Assembly (NCBI GenBank): GCA_963786955.1
Contig: CAWBAT010000005.1
Coordinates: 320,001-384,000, forward strand
Direction of reading: 5' to 3'
Length of the DNA: 64,000 bases
Origin: an uncultured Acidimicrobiia bacterium
GTDB lineage: Bacteria; Acidobacteriota; Terriglobia; Versatilivoradales; Versatilivoraceae
Shown here: in pieces, positions 45,388 to 57,961 of the stretch
How positions within the stretch are numbered: position 1 is the stretch's first letter
Layout of the letters: the number at the start of each line of letters is the position of its first letter
Position numbers and translations under genes: made by a program
The notes under the pieces: generated by a model
Seen by the model: the letters and a program-made list of their open reading frames with translations, nothing else
Database searches by the model: none
Told to the model about the DNA's origin: nothing

Positions 45388-46265
45388 TGGTTTATCCCAG
45401 AGGATTGCATCATCCTGTCACACACTCTAGCCACCTGGACCGTTTCCTTTACATCGTGGACCCGCAGGATGTGGACCCCTGAGAGAACGGCACTTGCGGC
45501 ACAAGCCAAGCTTCCTAACAAGCGTCCTTCGACTGGCTCCTTGAGAAGTCCCCCTATAAATGACTTCCTCGAAGCCCCCACGAGTAGCGGGAGTCCGAAC
45601 ATTTGAAAACGCGCCAGGTTCTTCAACAGAATCCAGTTTTCTTCGGGCCGCTTCCCAAAGCCCAAACCAGGATCCACCATGAGTTGTTGTCGCCGAACCC
45701 CAGCCTGGATGGCCCTTTTTATTGACCGCTCCAGACTTTCGGTCACAGCGCGAACAATGTTTTTAAGTGCCGGTAAAGAATGCAGTCTGGTTGCCTTTCC
45801 TCGAGAGTGCATCAAAATGATGCCTATTTTTTCCCGGGCGGCAAGTCTCGGGAGCTGTGGATCCAGGCGGAACCCTCCAATGTCATTAATGATCTCAGCC
45901 CCTGCCGCTACAGCGGCTTCCGCCACAACAGCTTTATAAGTGTCGATCGCGATGGGGACCTTAACACGTTTCTTTAAGGCTTCAATGACGGGAACTACCC
46001 TGCGGATCTCTTCTACAGCCGGCAGGATTCGACGACGCGGCGGCCGGGTCGACTCGCCTCCAATGTCAATAAGGTCTGCTCCCTCTTCCACCATTTGCAT
46101 CCCTCGGGCAACGGCGTCGGATAATCTAAGGTAACGATTCCCGTCGTAAAACGAATCGGGCGTCACATTTAAGATCCCCATAATGAGCGTACGCTTCCCC
46201 AGCAATAGCTTGCGTGACGGAAGGTTCACTACAAACTGGGCACGAACCGGCATGTGAGAGTCCAC
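45384..46265 (-). CDS. folP: Dihydropteroate synthase
   Basis: MGILNVTPDSFYDG, IDIGGESTRP, DPGLGFGK, GASRKSF, RVHDV. Confidence 0.96.
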   Translation of the reverse strand: MDSHMPVRAQFVVNLPSRKLLLGKRTLIMGILNVTPDSFYDGNRYLRLSDAVARGMQMVEEGADLIDIGGESTRPPRRRILPAVEEIRRVVPVIEALKKRVKVPIAIDTYKAVVAEAAVAAGAEIINDIGGFRLDPQLPRLAAREKIGIILMHSRGKATRLHSLPALKNIVRAVTESLERSIKRAIQAGVRRQQLMVDPGLGFGKRPEENWILLKNLARFQMFGLPLLVGASRKSFIGGLLKEPVEGRLLGSLACAASAVLSGVHILRVHDVKETVQVARVCDRMMQSSGINQ

Positions 46266-46404
46266 GAATCCACACAGAAGGAATTGCCCGGGAGGGAGCC
46301 CCCGGCAAGGGAAGGACCCTGCAGACGGCAGAAAGGAACAATCTTCGATGGGTTAGAGTTGAGTTTCTCTAGAACACTAGCTTCTTCCGACTAACCACCA
46401 GGGA

Positions 46405-48327
46405 TTATGCAGGCGCCGGTTTTTCCCGCTGCTTATCTACCAAGGATGGCCTAGACGGAGACAATGACTGAACAACTTGCTTTTTCGTATCCTCCGGGGT
46501 CTCGCTTACAGAGGCGGTGACCGAGCTCGGCTTCTCTTCCAGGGGTATGTTGTTGATGATCATGTGAACTTCATTGGCATCCAGAACTTCTTTTTCTAGC
46601 AAGGCTTCAGCAATACGACACAGAGTGTCCCGGTTTTCCTCCAAGATCTTCTTGGCATTCTCATATCCTTCGTTCACGAATCTCCGGATCTCCTGATCAA
46701 TACGAATTGCGGTGTCTTCGCTATAGTCCCGGTGCTGGGCAATTTCTCGCCCGAGAAAAATTTGTTCTTCCCGTTTCCCATAGGTTAAAGGGCCAAGCGA
46801 CGACATCCCAAAATCACATACCATACGACGCGCTAACTCGGTCGCTTGTTCGATGTCATTCCCTGCACCCGTAGTCATATGGCCTAAGAAGAGCTCTTCA
46901 GCCAATCTCCCACCCATCATGATGGCTATCTGACTCTCAAGGAAATCCTTGGTATAAGTATGCTTGTCGTCAGTGGGCAATTGCATGGTCACACCCAATG
47001 CCATCCCTCGAGGAATGATCGTGACTTTATGGAGCGGATCTGCATGCGGGAGGATCGCCGCCACTAAGGCATGTCCCGCCTCGTGGTAGGCCGTATTTCT
47101 TTTTTCCGCATCACTAATGATCAGCGATTTCCGCTCAACACCCATGAGAACCTTGTCTTTTGCTCCTTCAAAATCCACCATGTTGACACTTCTCTGGTTG
47201 TAGCGGGCCGCATTCAAAGCCGCTTCATTGACCAGGTTGGAAAGATCAGCCCCTGAAAAACCAGGAGTGCCACGGGCCAGCACACTGATGTCAACATCCT
47301 CGGCCAATGGGATTTTCTTGGTATGGACGCGCAATATCCCTTCCCGCCCCTTCACATCCGGACGCGGCACAATGACACGACGGTCGAACCGGCCAGGCCT
47401 CAATAGTGCTGGATCCAGCACATCGGGACGGTTTGTCGCAGCAATCAAAATGACTCCTTCATTCGACTCAAATCCATCCATCTCCACCAAAAGCTGGTTC
47501 AAGGTCTGTTCGCGTTCATCGTGCCCGCCCCCTAATCCGGCTCCACGGTGACGGCCGACGGCGTCAATTTCATCGATGAAAATGATGCAGGGGGCATTCT
47601 TTTTCCCCTGTTCGAATAGATCACGAACCCTTGAAGCACCGACTCCCACAAACATCTCCACAAAGTCTGAGCCACTGATGGAAAAAAACGGGACCCCTGC
47701 TTCTCCGGCAATCGCACGAGCCATCAGTGTTTTTCCTGTTCCAGGCGGTCCCACGAGCAGGACACCTTTGGGAATTCTCCCACCCAGCTTCTGAAATTTC
47801 TGAGGTTCCTTTAGAAACTCAATAATCTCTTGCAGCTCTTCCTTGGCTTCCTCGGCACCGGCAACATCCTTGAAAGTGGCCTTCTTCTGTTGAGAGGAAA
47901 GCAGCTTTGCGCGGCTCTTTCCAAAAGAAAGGGCTTTATTCCCGCCGCTTTGCATCTGACGCATGAAAAAGATCCAAAAGCCGATGATTAAAATAAAGGG
48001 GGCCGACGAGATGAGAGCCGTTAGCCAGGGACTCTGGGTCGGTTCCTTGACTTTTATGGCAACCCCTTTTTCTCTGAGAATCTTAATAAAATCAGGGTAG
48101 CTCGGAACCGTCGTCCGAAAGATTGTGTTGTCTTTGAACTGGCCTTTGACTTCACTCCCCATAATTTCGACACTGCGCACATTCCCTTCGTCGATCTTGT
48201 TCATGATTTCGGAAAAGCTCTTCTCTTGATCGGCGCCGGTCTGGGTACGTTGCACTAACTGCCAAAGGAGCACTCCAGCGATCAGCAAGGCGCTCCACAA
48301 TACGATTGTTTTAGCTGTGGAATTCAA
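46405..48327 (-). CDS. ftsH: ATP-dependent zinc metalloprotease FtsH
   Basis: [40 protein letters not shown]. Confidence 0.98.
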   Translation of the reverse strand: MNSTAKTIVLWSALLIAGVLLWQLVQRTQTGADQEKSFSEIMNKIDEGNVRSVEIMGSEVKGQFKDNTIFRTTVPSYPDFIKILREKGVAIKVKEPTQSPWLTALISSAPFILIIGFWIFFMRQMQSGGNKALSFGKSRAKLLSSQQKKATFKDVAGAEEAKEELQEIIEFLKEPQKFQKLGGRIPKGVLLVGPPGTGKTLMARAIAGEAGVPFFSISGSDFVEMFVGVGASRVRDLFEQGKKNAPCIIFIDEIDAVGRHRGAGLGGGHDEREQTLNQLLVEMDGFESNEGVILIAATNRPDVLDPALLRPGRFDRRVIVPRPDVKGREGILRVHTKKIPLAEDVDISVLARGTPGFSGADLSNLVNEAALNAARYNQRSVNMVDFEGAKDKVLMGVERKSLIISDAEKRNTAYHEAGHALVAAILPHADPLHKVTIIPRGMALGVTMQLPTDDKHTYTKDFLESQIAIMMGGRLAEELFLGHMTTGAGNDIEQATELARRMVCDFGMSSLGPLTYGKREEQIFLGREIAQHRDYSEDTAIRIDQEIRRFVNEGYENAKKILEENRDTLCRIAEALLEKEVLDANEVHMIINNIPLEEKPSSVTASVSETPEDTKKQVVQSLSPSRPSLVDKQREKPAPA

Positions 48328-48563
48328 AAAAATCCTCCCCTAAGAAAGTCCGTTTTCACTTATGGGTTTCATCAAGCACAAAGGAAACAACCTTCCATCC
48401 ATACCATAACACTTCCGAGTTTATTTTTCGAGTCAAATCTATCGAAACAAAAGGAAAAGTCCCAATTGCGGCGGGAACCCCCTTCCTTCTGGCAAGCGGA
48501 GAAAGCGTCAGTCACCGACTTCGAGATAAAGAAAGGCTTGCGCAAATTAAGACTAGTCATTGG

Positions 48564-49970
48564 CTAAATCTCTTTACGGAATTCCTCGACGATCACTGGA
48601 TGGTAAAGTCTGGATTTTCGCCGTTCGAGCATTTCCACGGAGATTGGAAAGTCCTTTGCAAAAAGTATCTTCTTAGCTAAGGTAATTATCGGCCATGAGG
48701 ATCGCAGATCCCTCGAGATTTTTTTTTGCGCAAAAAGCTCTTTAAGCTTCTTTGGGGAAGAAGTTCCGAGGGGGAGATAGCGGTCTCCCGGTCTCCAATT
48801 TCGGATTTGTAGGCCCGCTTGAATTTCTTCTTCTGACAGGTATAACTCCCATTGATTCATTACCTTCTCTGACGGAACAAGCGGAGGAAATGAGGCACGG
48901 TAGATCGAACGAATAGGGGTAAGCTCAATTTCTCCTGGAATTGGCAGAAAATGATTGAATTGGGAAGCAGGGGGATGGAGGTTCTGAGGCTCGAAGATTA
49001 GATTCCCGAATTCCCTGCAGATGCGCATGCCTTTTAGATACAAAACCTTTCCACTTTTCCCTTCCTCCAATAGTGAGCTAAGAGAACCATAATCTTGAAA
49101 GTCCGGCATTTTAGATTTCCCCTCCCCTGCCCGGTCCCCTAGCAAAAGGAGACGTAACACACCCTTCTGCAACCCCTTGGGGAGTTGTTTCAAATTTTCA
49201 ACCTCCAGCAACGACTTTTCCCCTTGACGTGTCACCAAGCGGGAGAAGGTTTCGCGCGACCAATTATCCAAAGCACTCTGGTCTTCACGCAAGATCTCTG
49301 CAGTCCGACCGAGTTGTTCGACGATCTTTGGGTTATATCGCGACAGAGATGGAATGAGCTCCTGTCTCACTTTGTTTCGGAAGAATCGCAGATCTTGATT
49401 GGACGAGTCTTCTCTCCATCCCCTGTTGTTTTCGCGAAGGAAATTCAAGATTTCCTCCCTGCGAATGAAGAGCAGCGGACGAATAACCCCATCTGGGCGA
49501 GCTGGGGAAATTGAAGAGAGGCCCAAGCTCCCACTACCCCGGATGAGGCGCATCAAAACGGTTTCGGCCTGATCGTTCATGGTGTGCCCGACGGCAATTT
49601 TCTCGGCCGAGTGGATCGCCGCACATCGTCGCAGAAACTCGTAGCGTTTCTGACGAATCCCGGCCTCAAGGTTTTCATGACGGAGGCGCTGAAGGTCATC
49701 TGGCGAAATTTCATCGACGCAGTAAGTTAATTCGCAGTCTTGGGCCAGTTGTCTGACAAATTGTTCATCCGCATCGGAGGCCTCTCCGCGCAACCGGTGG
49801 TTAAAGTGGGCAACAACTAGCGCCAACCGATAGTCCTTTTGAATCGATCTCAGTAATTGGAGCAGGGCAACAGAATCGGGCCCACCTGAAACTGCCACAA
49901 TGACGCAATCTCCTTTTTTAAGCATTTGAAAGGAGCGGATCGCCTTCAAAAATTGCTCAAGAATTTTCAT
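48564..49970 (-). CDS. tilS: tRNA(Ile)-lysidine synthetase
   Basis: AVSGGPDS, HFNHRLR, GHTMNDQAET, IRPLL, EDSSN...RNKVR. Confidence 0.95.
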   Translation of the reverse strand: MKILEQFLKAIRSFQMLKKGDCVIVAVSGGPDSVALLQLLRSIQKDYRLALVVAHFNHRLRGEASDADEQFVRQLAQDCELTYCVDEISPDDLQRLRHENLEAGIRQKRYEFLRRCAAIHSAEKIAVGHTMNDQAETVLMRLIRGSGSLGLSSISPARPDGVIRPLLFIRREEILNFLRENNRGWREDSSNQDLRFFRNKVRQELIPSLSRYNPKIVEQLGRTAEILREDQSALDNWSRETFSRLVTRQGEKSLLEVENLKQLPKGLQKGVLRLLLLGDRAGEGKSKMPDFQDYGSLSSLLEEGKSGKVLYLKGMRICREFGNLIFEPQNLHPPASQFNHFLPIPGEIELTPIRSIYRASFPPLVPSEKVMNQWELYLSEEEIQAGLQIRNWRPGDRYLPLGTSSPKKLKELFAQKKISRDLRSSWPIITLAKKILFAKDFPISVEMLERRKSRLYHPVIVEEFRKEI

Positions 49971-50203
49971 TGACGGGCTGTCCGGCTGGGGACGGGGCTA
50001 TTTAGGGAACAGACCTTAACTTCTGTTCCTCTGGCTCATATTATTCTCAAGGTCGCGCTGTTTCCCTCGCCAGGCTTCTTGGATGCTAAACAAACGCTTC
50101 TGATTAGTAAAGCCCTCGGAGAATTGGAGTGAGTTACCATTTTGCTAAACTGAGGGTTAAATATTGATTTCATCACTACAGTGACGTTAACTCCGGGGCG
50201 GTG

Positions 50204-50250
50204 ATAAAGCGTTGAGAACGCTTTATGCCTACAACCATGTAGGCCGGGGG
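50204..50250. repeat. REP pair, same hairpin as in the 33111 element (inverted)
   Basis: gataaagcgttgagaacgctttatgcctac-aaccat-gtaggccggggg. Confidence 0.7.
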
Positions 50251-50398
50251 CTTTCTTAAAGCCTCAACCCCACATGACGCCAATCTTAAGATACGTCACC
50301 GCAATTACAAACAGCAGTACTAATCTACTTGGGAAGGTGGACCGAAAAAGCAATTGAGTAATCCTTATCAGTACATTAAACTTCCTGGCGGTGCCGTT

Positions 50399-51103
50399 AT
50401 GAATTGCTTTTTGAAAATGAGTTCACCGGTACGAGTACTGATTTCTCTCTTTTTGCCTCTTGGCCTCTACGTGCTGGGCAGCACTCCTGCTTGGAGTGCT
50501 CCCATAGTCTTCTTAAAGGATGGGACCAAGATTGAAGCGGCTGCGAAGCCTGTGTGTATGGAAGGGCAGTATCGGTTTGCTGATTTGCAAGGTCAGTTTC
50601 ATATTATTCCCGTGACACAGATCGACCTATCAGCAACCGAACAAGCCAATAAGGGAACTTCTAATTCAAATTCCAAGAAGGTCGAGCGTAAACTAACGAA
50701 TGAGGATATCGCTGAAACTCCATTGGATTCTCACTCAGTCCAAAACAACGGGCAAGTTTCTTCCAACTCTTTCAAGCCAACGGCGGTTCCCAAAGAGAAG
50801 GAACATGGGCTCCCGAAGGCTCTTGATCTAAGGGCGGAGGTCTATTGGCGCAAACGGGCTGGCGAAATCCGGACGAAAATGGAACAGATTGACAAGGCCA
50901 TAGCAGATCTCAACGAAAAAATGAAAAGCGGAAAGTCAGACGGCATTAAGATCGGTTTTAATCCTTACACTCCGGTAATTCTTGCGGATTTTGGCGACCA
51001 AATGAAGCCTCTCCAACATGAAAAGGATAAACTTCAGCAGCAAATGAGCGCCCTGGAGGAAGAAGCACGCAAAGCAGGAGCTCAGCCTGGATGGCTGCGT
51101 TAA
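50399..51103 (+). CDS. Secreted hypothetical protein with C-terminal coiled coil
   Basis: Signal peptide (AWS-A), VFLKDG, LTNEDI, YWRKRA..., LEEEARKAGAQPGWLR. Confidence 0.78.
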   Translation: MNCFLKMSSPVRVLISLFLPLGLYVLGSTPAWSAPIVFLKDGTKIEAAAKPVCMEGQYRFADLQGQFHIIPVTQIDLSATEQANKGTSNSNSKKVERKLTNEDIAETPLDSHSVQNNGQVSSNSFKPTAVPKEKEHGLPKALDLRAEVYWRKRAGEIRTKMEQIDKAIADLNEKMKSGKSDGIKIGFNPYTPVILADFGDQMKPLQHEKDKLQQQMSALEEEARKAGAQPGWLR

Positions 51104-51225
51104 ACGGTATCCAGTCCTTTGAGTTCCCCAATAAAATGGCAGCCCATCTGCAAGGTCTTCAACTTTAAATACGAAACTTAGGACTCAAAGAATTTCAACC
51201 CGCTCACTTTGAATTTTTATACCTT

Positions 51226-52665
51226 ATGGCTTTCGAACCTGTCATTGGATTGGAAGTGCATGCGCAACTCCTCACCAAAACGAAGATTTTTTGTTCGTGC
51301 TCAACGGAGTTTGGCGCGCCGCCCAACACCAACACTTGCCCGGTTTGTCTGGGCTATCCCGGCGCCCTGCCCGTATTGAATAGAGCCGCTATCGTCATGG
51401 CGGTGAAGGCCGCATTGGCTCTTGGATGTAAAATCAATACGGTTTCCATTTTTGCGCGCAAGAACTATTTCTATCCCGATCTCCCCAAGGGTTATCAGAT
51501 TTCCCAATTTGATCGGCCGTTGGCAGAGAATGGGCAGATTCTGATCCATGGGAATGGAACCCCCCTGAGAGTTGGAATCAAACGAGTTCATATGGAAGAG
51601 GATGCCGGCAAATCCATCCATGACGGATTTGCCGATTCTGACCGCCACAGCTACATCGATCTCAACCGAAGCGGGACTCCTTTGATTGAAATCGTTAGTG
51701 ATCCGGATATTCATTCCCCGGCCCAAGCCTATGAGTATTTGAGCCGCCTAAAGATCATCCTGGAATATTTAGGAGTCTGTGATGGCAATATGGAAGAAGG
51801 GAGTTTGCGCTGTGATGCTAATATATCCGTGCGGCCAGTGGGAGAAAAGAAGCTGGGCACAAAGGCCGAACTTAAGAATTTGAATAGCTTTCGTTTCTTG
51901 CAGAAGGCACTGGAATTTGAGATCGAGCGCCAAATTCAGACCTTAGAAGAAGGCGGGAAAATCGTGCAGGAAACCCGGCTTTGGAATACGGCCGATCAGC
52001 GGACCGTGTCCATGCGGAGCAAAGAAGAAGCTCACGACTATCGCTATTTCCCGGAGCCCGATCTTCCACCTCTCATTGTCAGCGAAGCCTGGCAAAAGGA
52101 AATTCAAGCAGCTATGCCAGAACTCCCGGAAGCCAAGAAGAATCGCTTTGTAAGTCAGTATGGAATCCCGGAGTATGACGCGAGCGTGTTGATTGCAACT
52201 CAAACCCTGGCCAATTTTTTCGAAGAAACCGTCACTCTCTGCCAAAGCCCAAAAGCGGCTTCGAACTGGATCATGGGAGATCTACTCAGAGACCTCAAAG
52301 AGTTTAACTTAGGAATTGAGGCCTCTCCTGTCCAGCCCGAGGCCATGGCTCACTTGATTCAACTTGTCGAAAGCGGTGAAATCTCTGGGAAGATGGCCAA
52401 AGATGTCTTCGAAGCCATGTTCCGTGAAAGGAAAACTCCGCAACAAGTCATCGCGGAGAAAGGGTTGAAGCAAATTACGGATAAGGGAGAAATCGAAAAC
52501 ATCATCCGGGAAGTGATTGCCTCAAACCAAAAGACGTATGAGCAATACCGAAGCGGGAAAACAACGACTTTTGGTTTTTTTGTCGGCCAGGTCATGAAAG
52601 CAACGAAGGGGCAGGCTAATCCACAGCTTGTTAATGAACTGCTTAAGGCGATCCTGGATTCGTAG
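51226..52665 (+). CDS. gatB: Asp/Glu-tRNA amidotransferase subunit B
   Basis: [60 protein letters not shown]. Confidence 0.98.
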   Translation: MAFEPVIGLEVHAQLLTKTKIFCSCSTEFGAPPNTNTCPVCLGYPGALPVLNRAAIVMAVKAALALGCKINTVSIFARKNYFYPDLPKGYQISQFDRPLAENGQILIHGNGTPLRVGIKRVHMEEDAGKSIHDGFADSDRHSYIDLNRSGTPLIEIVSDPDIHSPAQAYEYLSRLKIILEYLGVCDGNMEEGSLRCDANISVRPVGEKKLGTKAELKNLNSFRFLQKALEFEIERQIQTLEEGGKIVQETRLWNTADQRTVSMRSKEEAHDYRYFPEPDLPPLIVSEAWQKEIQAAMPELPEAKKNRFVSQYGIPEYDASVLIATQTLANFFEETVTLCQSPKAASNWIMGDLLRDLKEFNLGIEASPVQPEAMAHLIQLVESGEISGKMAKDVFEAMFRERKTPQQVIAEKGLKQITDKGEIENIIREVIASNQKTYEQYRSGKTTTFGFFVGQVMKATKGQANPQLVNELLKAILDS

Positions 52666-52849
52666 ATCGGTCAGTCGAACAATCGCGACACCGCTCGTCA
52701 CCGTATCCAGAGTTTTCAGTTCCAACATCCACCCAGACGCAGTGAAATCATGGTTTGAAAGTGTTTATGGGGTTCCTCTCAGTGCTGAGATAAGAGGCAA
52801 CTAAAGGGGACCCGACGCCCCATCCACTTTTCCAGATAAAAGTTCCCGC

Positions 52850-53949
52850 ATGTTGAAACATTCACCTCTATACGAATGCCAAAGAGATTCTGGCGCACGC
52901 TTCACCAGCCTTTTTGGGTGGGAGATTGCCGAGACCTTTAGTTCGCTGAATGCGGAATATGAAGCACTTCGACACGCCGTCGGTTTGCTGGATTGCTCTC
53001 AATCCGGTGTCATTGAAGTTAGAGGTGATGACCGAACCCGATTTCTGCACGGCATGCTCACCAACGATATCAAACAATTACGGCCTGGGAATGGGTGCTA
53101 TGCTGGCTTTCTGACCCCTCAGGGACGCCTCGTCGGCGATATGCGGGTTTATTGTCTTGAAGAGTCCCTGTTGATCACGGTCGAACCAAGCTTGAGGAGT
53201 AAAGTGCCTCTTGCTCTCGGCAAATACATTATTGGAGGTCGCCCTGAATTGATTGATCGGTCGGAGAACCTTTCGATTCTTGCTCTCCAAGGAAGACAAC
53301 CTTTTCGCCTGTTGGAGAAGCTTTCCCCGGCATTCAACCCTTCGCCCAACCGTTTGATCACCAGGAACGCGAGGTTCTAGGAATCACGATTCGGATCTGC
53401 CATGTGAGCCGCGTACTCGATGACAGATACGACTTGATTGTTCCGATGAATCGGTTGATCGATCTATGGAAAAAGCTGTTGGAGATGGAAAGGGGAGTAG
53501 GCCTTGCTCCAGTAGGATTCAATGCACTGAACATCCGACGGGTGGAGGCAGGCATTCCTTGGTATGAATTCGATATGGATGAGAAAACACTTCCGCTCGA
53601 GGCGGGATTGGAGAAGAACGCAATCAGTCTGACCAAGGGATGTTATATTGGGCAGGAATCTGTGGCGCGTATTACCTACCGGGGGCAGGTCCAAAGGAAG
53701 CTGGCGGGACTGATTATCGCTGGAGACATTCTTGCCACAAAAGGGGACAGAGTATTCAAAGAAGAACAGGAAATGGGGTGGGTTACGTCGAATGTGTTTT
53801 CGATCGCGCTCAATCGTCCGATCGCACTGGGGTATCTCCGCCAAGACGCATTTGAGGTGGGAACGGTTCTTCGGATTGAGCATTCGGGCGCGACTTTGGG
53901 AGCCACAGTCTCTAGCCTACCCTTCTTCTCGGAAGAAACGATCTTATGA
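52850..53949 (+). CDS. YgfZ/GcvT-family folate-binding protein, frameshifted near 53350-53400
   Basis: VRGDDRTRFLHGMLTND, RVEAGIP, KGCYIGQE, GQVQRKL. Confidence 0.88.
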
Positions 53950-54055
53950 GCGTCAGGACTTAGTCTATCATTATGCCCAAGACTGGTCAGAGCGGAGTAA
54001 ATCGAACACCCGTCACGGCAGATTGCGAAGGTCACTCAATGAAGGAGTCAAACAA

Positions 54056-54469
54056 ATGGGCATTCTCAATAAACTTTTTGGGCGGAAACAGGCAGAGATT
54101 TCGCCGGCCCCTGAATACATTCCTCCCACTCACTTCCGAAAAGAAGAACTCATGCTGGACGCGTTCCAGGATATTTCCCCCAGTGATGCTGTATCCAAAG
54201 TAGATCGCGGGGATCTCCAGATCCTTGATGTGAGGTTTGAGTATGAATTCCGGAATCATCGGATTCCCTCTGCTATATTGATACCGCTTCCACAATTGGC
54301 AACCCGGTATCAGGAATTGGATCCTGACAAACAGACCCTTGTAGTTTGCGAGCACGGGATGAGGAGTCTGCAGGCCTGCAGCTTCCTTGGCTCCAAGGGT
54401 TTCAAAACATTTACAACATGGTTGGCGGAATGGCCGTGTATCCGGGCCGTCAAGAGGGAGAAGCCGTGA
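54056..54469 (+). CDS. Rhodanese-like domain protein (3' frameshift likely)
   Basis: RBS aaggag; ILDVR, HRIPSA, VVCEHGMRS. Confidence 0.85.
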   Translation: MGILNKLFGRKQAEISPAPEYIPPTHFRKEELMLDAFQDISPSDAVSKVDRGDLQILDVRFEYEFRNHRIPSAILIPLPQLATRYQELDPDKQTLVVCEHGMRSLQACSFLGSKGFKTFTTWLAEWPCIRAVKREKP

Positions 54470-54637
54470 GGTAGGATTGCCGATTTTCGATTGCCCCGGG
54501 CCGATTACCTGCGGCAAAAATAGGCATCGTTCTCCAGAGCGATTTTAGGCATTGAATTTGGTATTTACTCAATCGTGTGCTTTTTACTTATGGCGACCCA
54601 TTCGGCAATCAAAAATTGGGATTTATTTTATCAGACT

Positions 54638-55075
54638 ATGAACCTTTACAAGTTTTCAATTGACCTCGAAGTTCGATTTCGCGATCTTGACGCCTTAGGT
54701 CATGTGAATAATGCCGTTTACTTGACGTATTTCGAAGTAGCGCGCATGCATTATTGGAAGAAAGTGTTCGGCGAAAATCCTTATCTCAATATCCTTTTTC
54801 TGGTTGTACGTTCAGAGTGCGATTACCGATCCCAAGCTCAACTAGGAGACATCCTGAGGGTTGCCGTGCGAATTCCGGAAATACGGAATTCGAGTTTTGT
54901 TCTCGATTATCTGGTAACCGAGATTGTAACAGGACGTCTTGTCGCCGAAGGAAAGACGGTACAGGCCTTCTATGACCACAAGGCCAAAAAGTCAAAGCCG
55001 ATCCCGGAAGAGATTAGGAAAAGGATAGAGGAATTCGAGGGATCTGCTATGAGAGAGGCTCGCAAACCAGAATAG
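54638..55075 (+). CDS. Acyl-CoA thioesterase (4HBT/YbgC family)
   Basis: VRFRDLDALGHVNNAVYLTYFEVAR. Confidence 0.92.
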   Translation: MNLYKFSIDLEVRFRDLDALGHVNNAVYLTYFEVARMHYWKKVFGENPYLNILFLVVRSECDYRSQAQLGDILRVAVRIPEIRNSSFVLDYLVTEIVTGRLVAEGKTVQAFYDHKAKKSKPIPEEIRKRIEEFEGSAMREARKPE

Positions 55076-55173
55076 ACAAATTAGGCGATTCTCCCTGGCT
55101 TGCAAGGCTATCCAAGTACTAAGAACCTTTCCCTTCCTCAAATCCTACCTCTCGATACCGGAAAGGAGTCGCA

Positions 55174-57750
55174 ATGAAAAGGTGCTTTTTCCCCATCTTG
55201 CTCTGCTCTCTAATCATGGGATCTGAAGTTCATGCCCAAACGCCGGCTCAATCTGCCGAAAAAGAATACACCTCTCACGTTGTGGGCTATGCCCATATTG
55301 ACATGGCTTGGCTATGGCGATGGGAGGAGTCTATTTTCGACATCATGTACAACACCTTTCGCAATCAGCTTGAGCTGATGGACACACATCCAGAATTTAC
55401 CTTTGCTCAAGATCAAGCCATTGTCTACGACATGATGGAACGTTATTACCCGGATATATTCAAGAGCATCCAACATCGAGTGAAGACGCGCAATTGGATT
55501 CCGGTAAGCTCCACCTGGACTCAGATGGAAGAGAATATGCCCGACGGCGAGTCCCTGGTGCGCCAATTCCTCTACGGCCAAAAATACACTAAGGAGAAAT
55601 TTGGCCATTATGTGCGGGTCGCATGGCAACCGGATGTCTTTGGTCATCCCTATTCCATGCCCCAAATTGCTAAAAAGGCAGGAATCGATTTCTATCTGTT
55701 CGGCAGACCCCATAATGAGAAGCGCCCGCCTATTTTCTGGTGGAAAGGCCTTGATGGAACCCAGGTTCTGGGTTACAACCCACCGGGTTGGTACACTCAA
55801 CCTGTAAATCATGAACAATTCACTGTCGCGATGATGAAGGATGCCCAGAAAGTAGGCGTCAAAGACATGCTCGTTCTGTTTGGCCAAGGAGATCACGGAG
55901 GTGGTCCAAACCCTACCGATCTTGCCAACATTGCAAAACTCCAAGCACTCCCCTCAGGATGCGCGGATCAAAGCCAGCCGCGTTATTGACTATTTCGATC
56001 TTCTGATGGCGGTGAAGAAGGATTTCCCTAGTTTGGGATGGTGAGCACAATCCGGTATTTGACGGCTGCTATTCAACTCAAGTTGAGATGAAGCAAAACA
56101 ATCGACGGGCAGAGCAGCTTTTATTTGCCGCGGAGAAGATGTCGGTGATCGCGGTAGCCGGGCGTTACCGGGACTACTACCCAAGTCGAGACATTTCGGA
56201 AGCCTGGAAACTAACGTTACTCAACCAGACCCATGATTTATTGCCGGGGTCTGGCATCGGTCCCATATACAAGGATGCTGAGAAACAATATCAAGAGGTT
56301 TTGGAAAGAGGTCATCGAGCCTTGCACTATTCATTGGAAAGCATCGGGCTTCAACTCGATACCCGTGGAGTCGGAATTCCTGTTGTGGTCTATAACCCAC
56401 AATCTTGGGAGCGTACAGACTTGGTGACGGTTGAGGTTTCTGCCGCTACATTGCCGGCCCACCTGGTCGCGACTCATGGGTCAGAGAATTTGCCCGTTCA
56501 GATTCTCAAGCCTGCCAAGTCTGATGGTGATCGGGAGCGGGCAACACTCCTCTTTGTCGCTGAAAAAGTTCCACAACTGGGATTAAAACTCTATCGTATT
56601 GTCCCTGAAGCCGGACCTCGCTCGACCTCTTCAACCTCGCTGAAAGTCGGCATCAAACCGCGACCCTATCTTGAAAATGAGCACTTGAAGGTCGAATTTA
56701 ATCCGACTACAGGAAACATCGTACGTCTCTTCGACAAGAAGAATAACCGCGAAGCCTTGCGTGCTGAAGGGCATTCGCTGCTGGCACTCGAGGATACCGC
56801 CGAGCAAGCGAGGAAGTCGGCAGTCGAATACGCCGGTCCAGCCTGGGATCTCGGACTCACGGGAACACAATGGAATGTCGACAAGGCCACTCGGGTGGAG
56901 GTTCTCGAGTCCGGTCCGGCGCGGGTAACTGTTCGTGTTGTTCGTTCATTCCGCGACTCAAAGTTTACCCAGGATTTTTCTCTCATCGCTGGCGTTCCGC
57001 GAGTTGACGTTGAGATGGGATTGAGTTGGTACGAGCGAAGCACATTGCTCAAAGCCGTGTTCCCGGTGGCTGTTTCAGCCAGCAGGGTTGCTGCAGAGAT
57101 TCCTTACGGCGTGATCGAGCGAGAACAAAACGGCAAGGAAATGGTAATGGGGAAGTGGGTCGATCTTTCTGACTCCGAATTATGGTGTCGCCATCATCAA
57201 TAACAGTCGCCACGGCTTTGATGCCAAAGAGAACACCATCCGCATTACGGCAATCCGCGGTCCGTGGGGCCCGGATCCCCGCGCCGATGAGGGGTTACAC
57301 AAGTTCGGCTACTCGATTTATCCTCACAAGGGAGGCTGGCGGGAGGGGAAAGTAGAATTTCAGGCCCTGGCTTTCAACTCGCCACTCTTGGCTCTTCAGG
57401 AACCCATTCACCACAGCCCCATGGAGATTTGGGCTACCAAAAAGGGAGGGTTGCCGGAAGTACACTCCTTTATCAAGATGGACAGCGACCACGTCGTATT
57501 GTCAGCTTTGAAACAAATGGAAGGCTTTTATGACACTGACCCCATCGCTCGATTCTTCGAATGTGAGGGTCGCGAGGGAGATGTTACCGTGCAGCTGCCT
57601 CTCAAAGTGCGAGCCGTGGAAACGAATCTTCTCGAGGATACGATAGGGGTTATTGGCGAGGGGGAGACGATTAAATTCCATATGAAGCCATGGGAGATCA
57701 AGTCGTTGCGATTCTCGCCTGTGCAGGACGGCCCAACACCTTCTCCATAG
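55174..57750 (+). CDS. Secreted GH38 alpha-mannosidase, split by several frameshifts
   Basis: AHIDMAWLW, GESLVRQ, WQPDVFGH, GDHGGGP, NQTHDLLPGS, EIPYGVIER, ETNLLE, PWEIKS in successive frames. Confidence 0.88.
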
Positions 57751-57961
57751 GAGACGGTAACATGGTCGCCAGGATGAAGCATAGCGACTTTATTGGCAGG
57801 TCCGCGACCAGACATGTAGATGGAAAGCGCCATCCCAGACAAGTTCATTTGATAAATCGGGCAGAGAGGCTGCGCGAATATTTTCCTGCCCGCCAATGAC
57901 CTTCTCTTGCAGGGCCAGACGTCCAAAGGTGCAGCCTCGTACCGCCGTGTTATTGATCTTC

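Noticed and set aside
52666-52849. Glycine riboswitch upstream of the GcvT-family gene
   Set aside because: Only a simple hairpin; the conserved GGAGA/CCGAAG/CTCAGG elements were not found.
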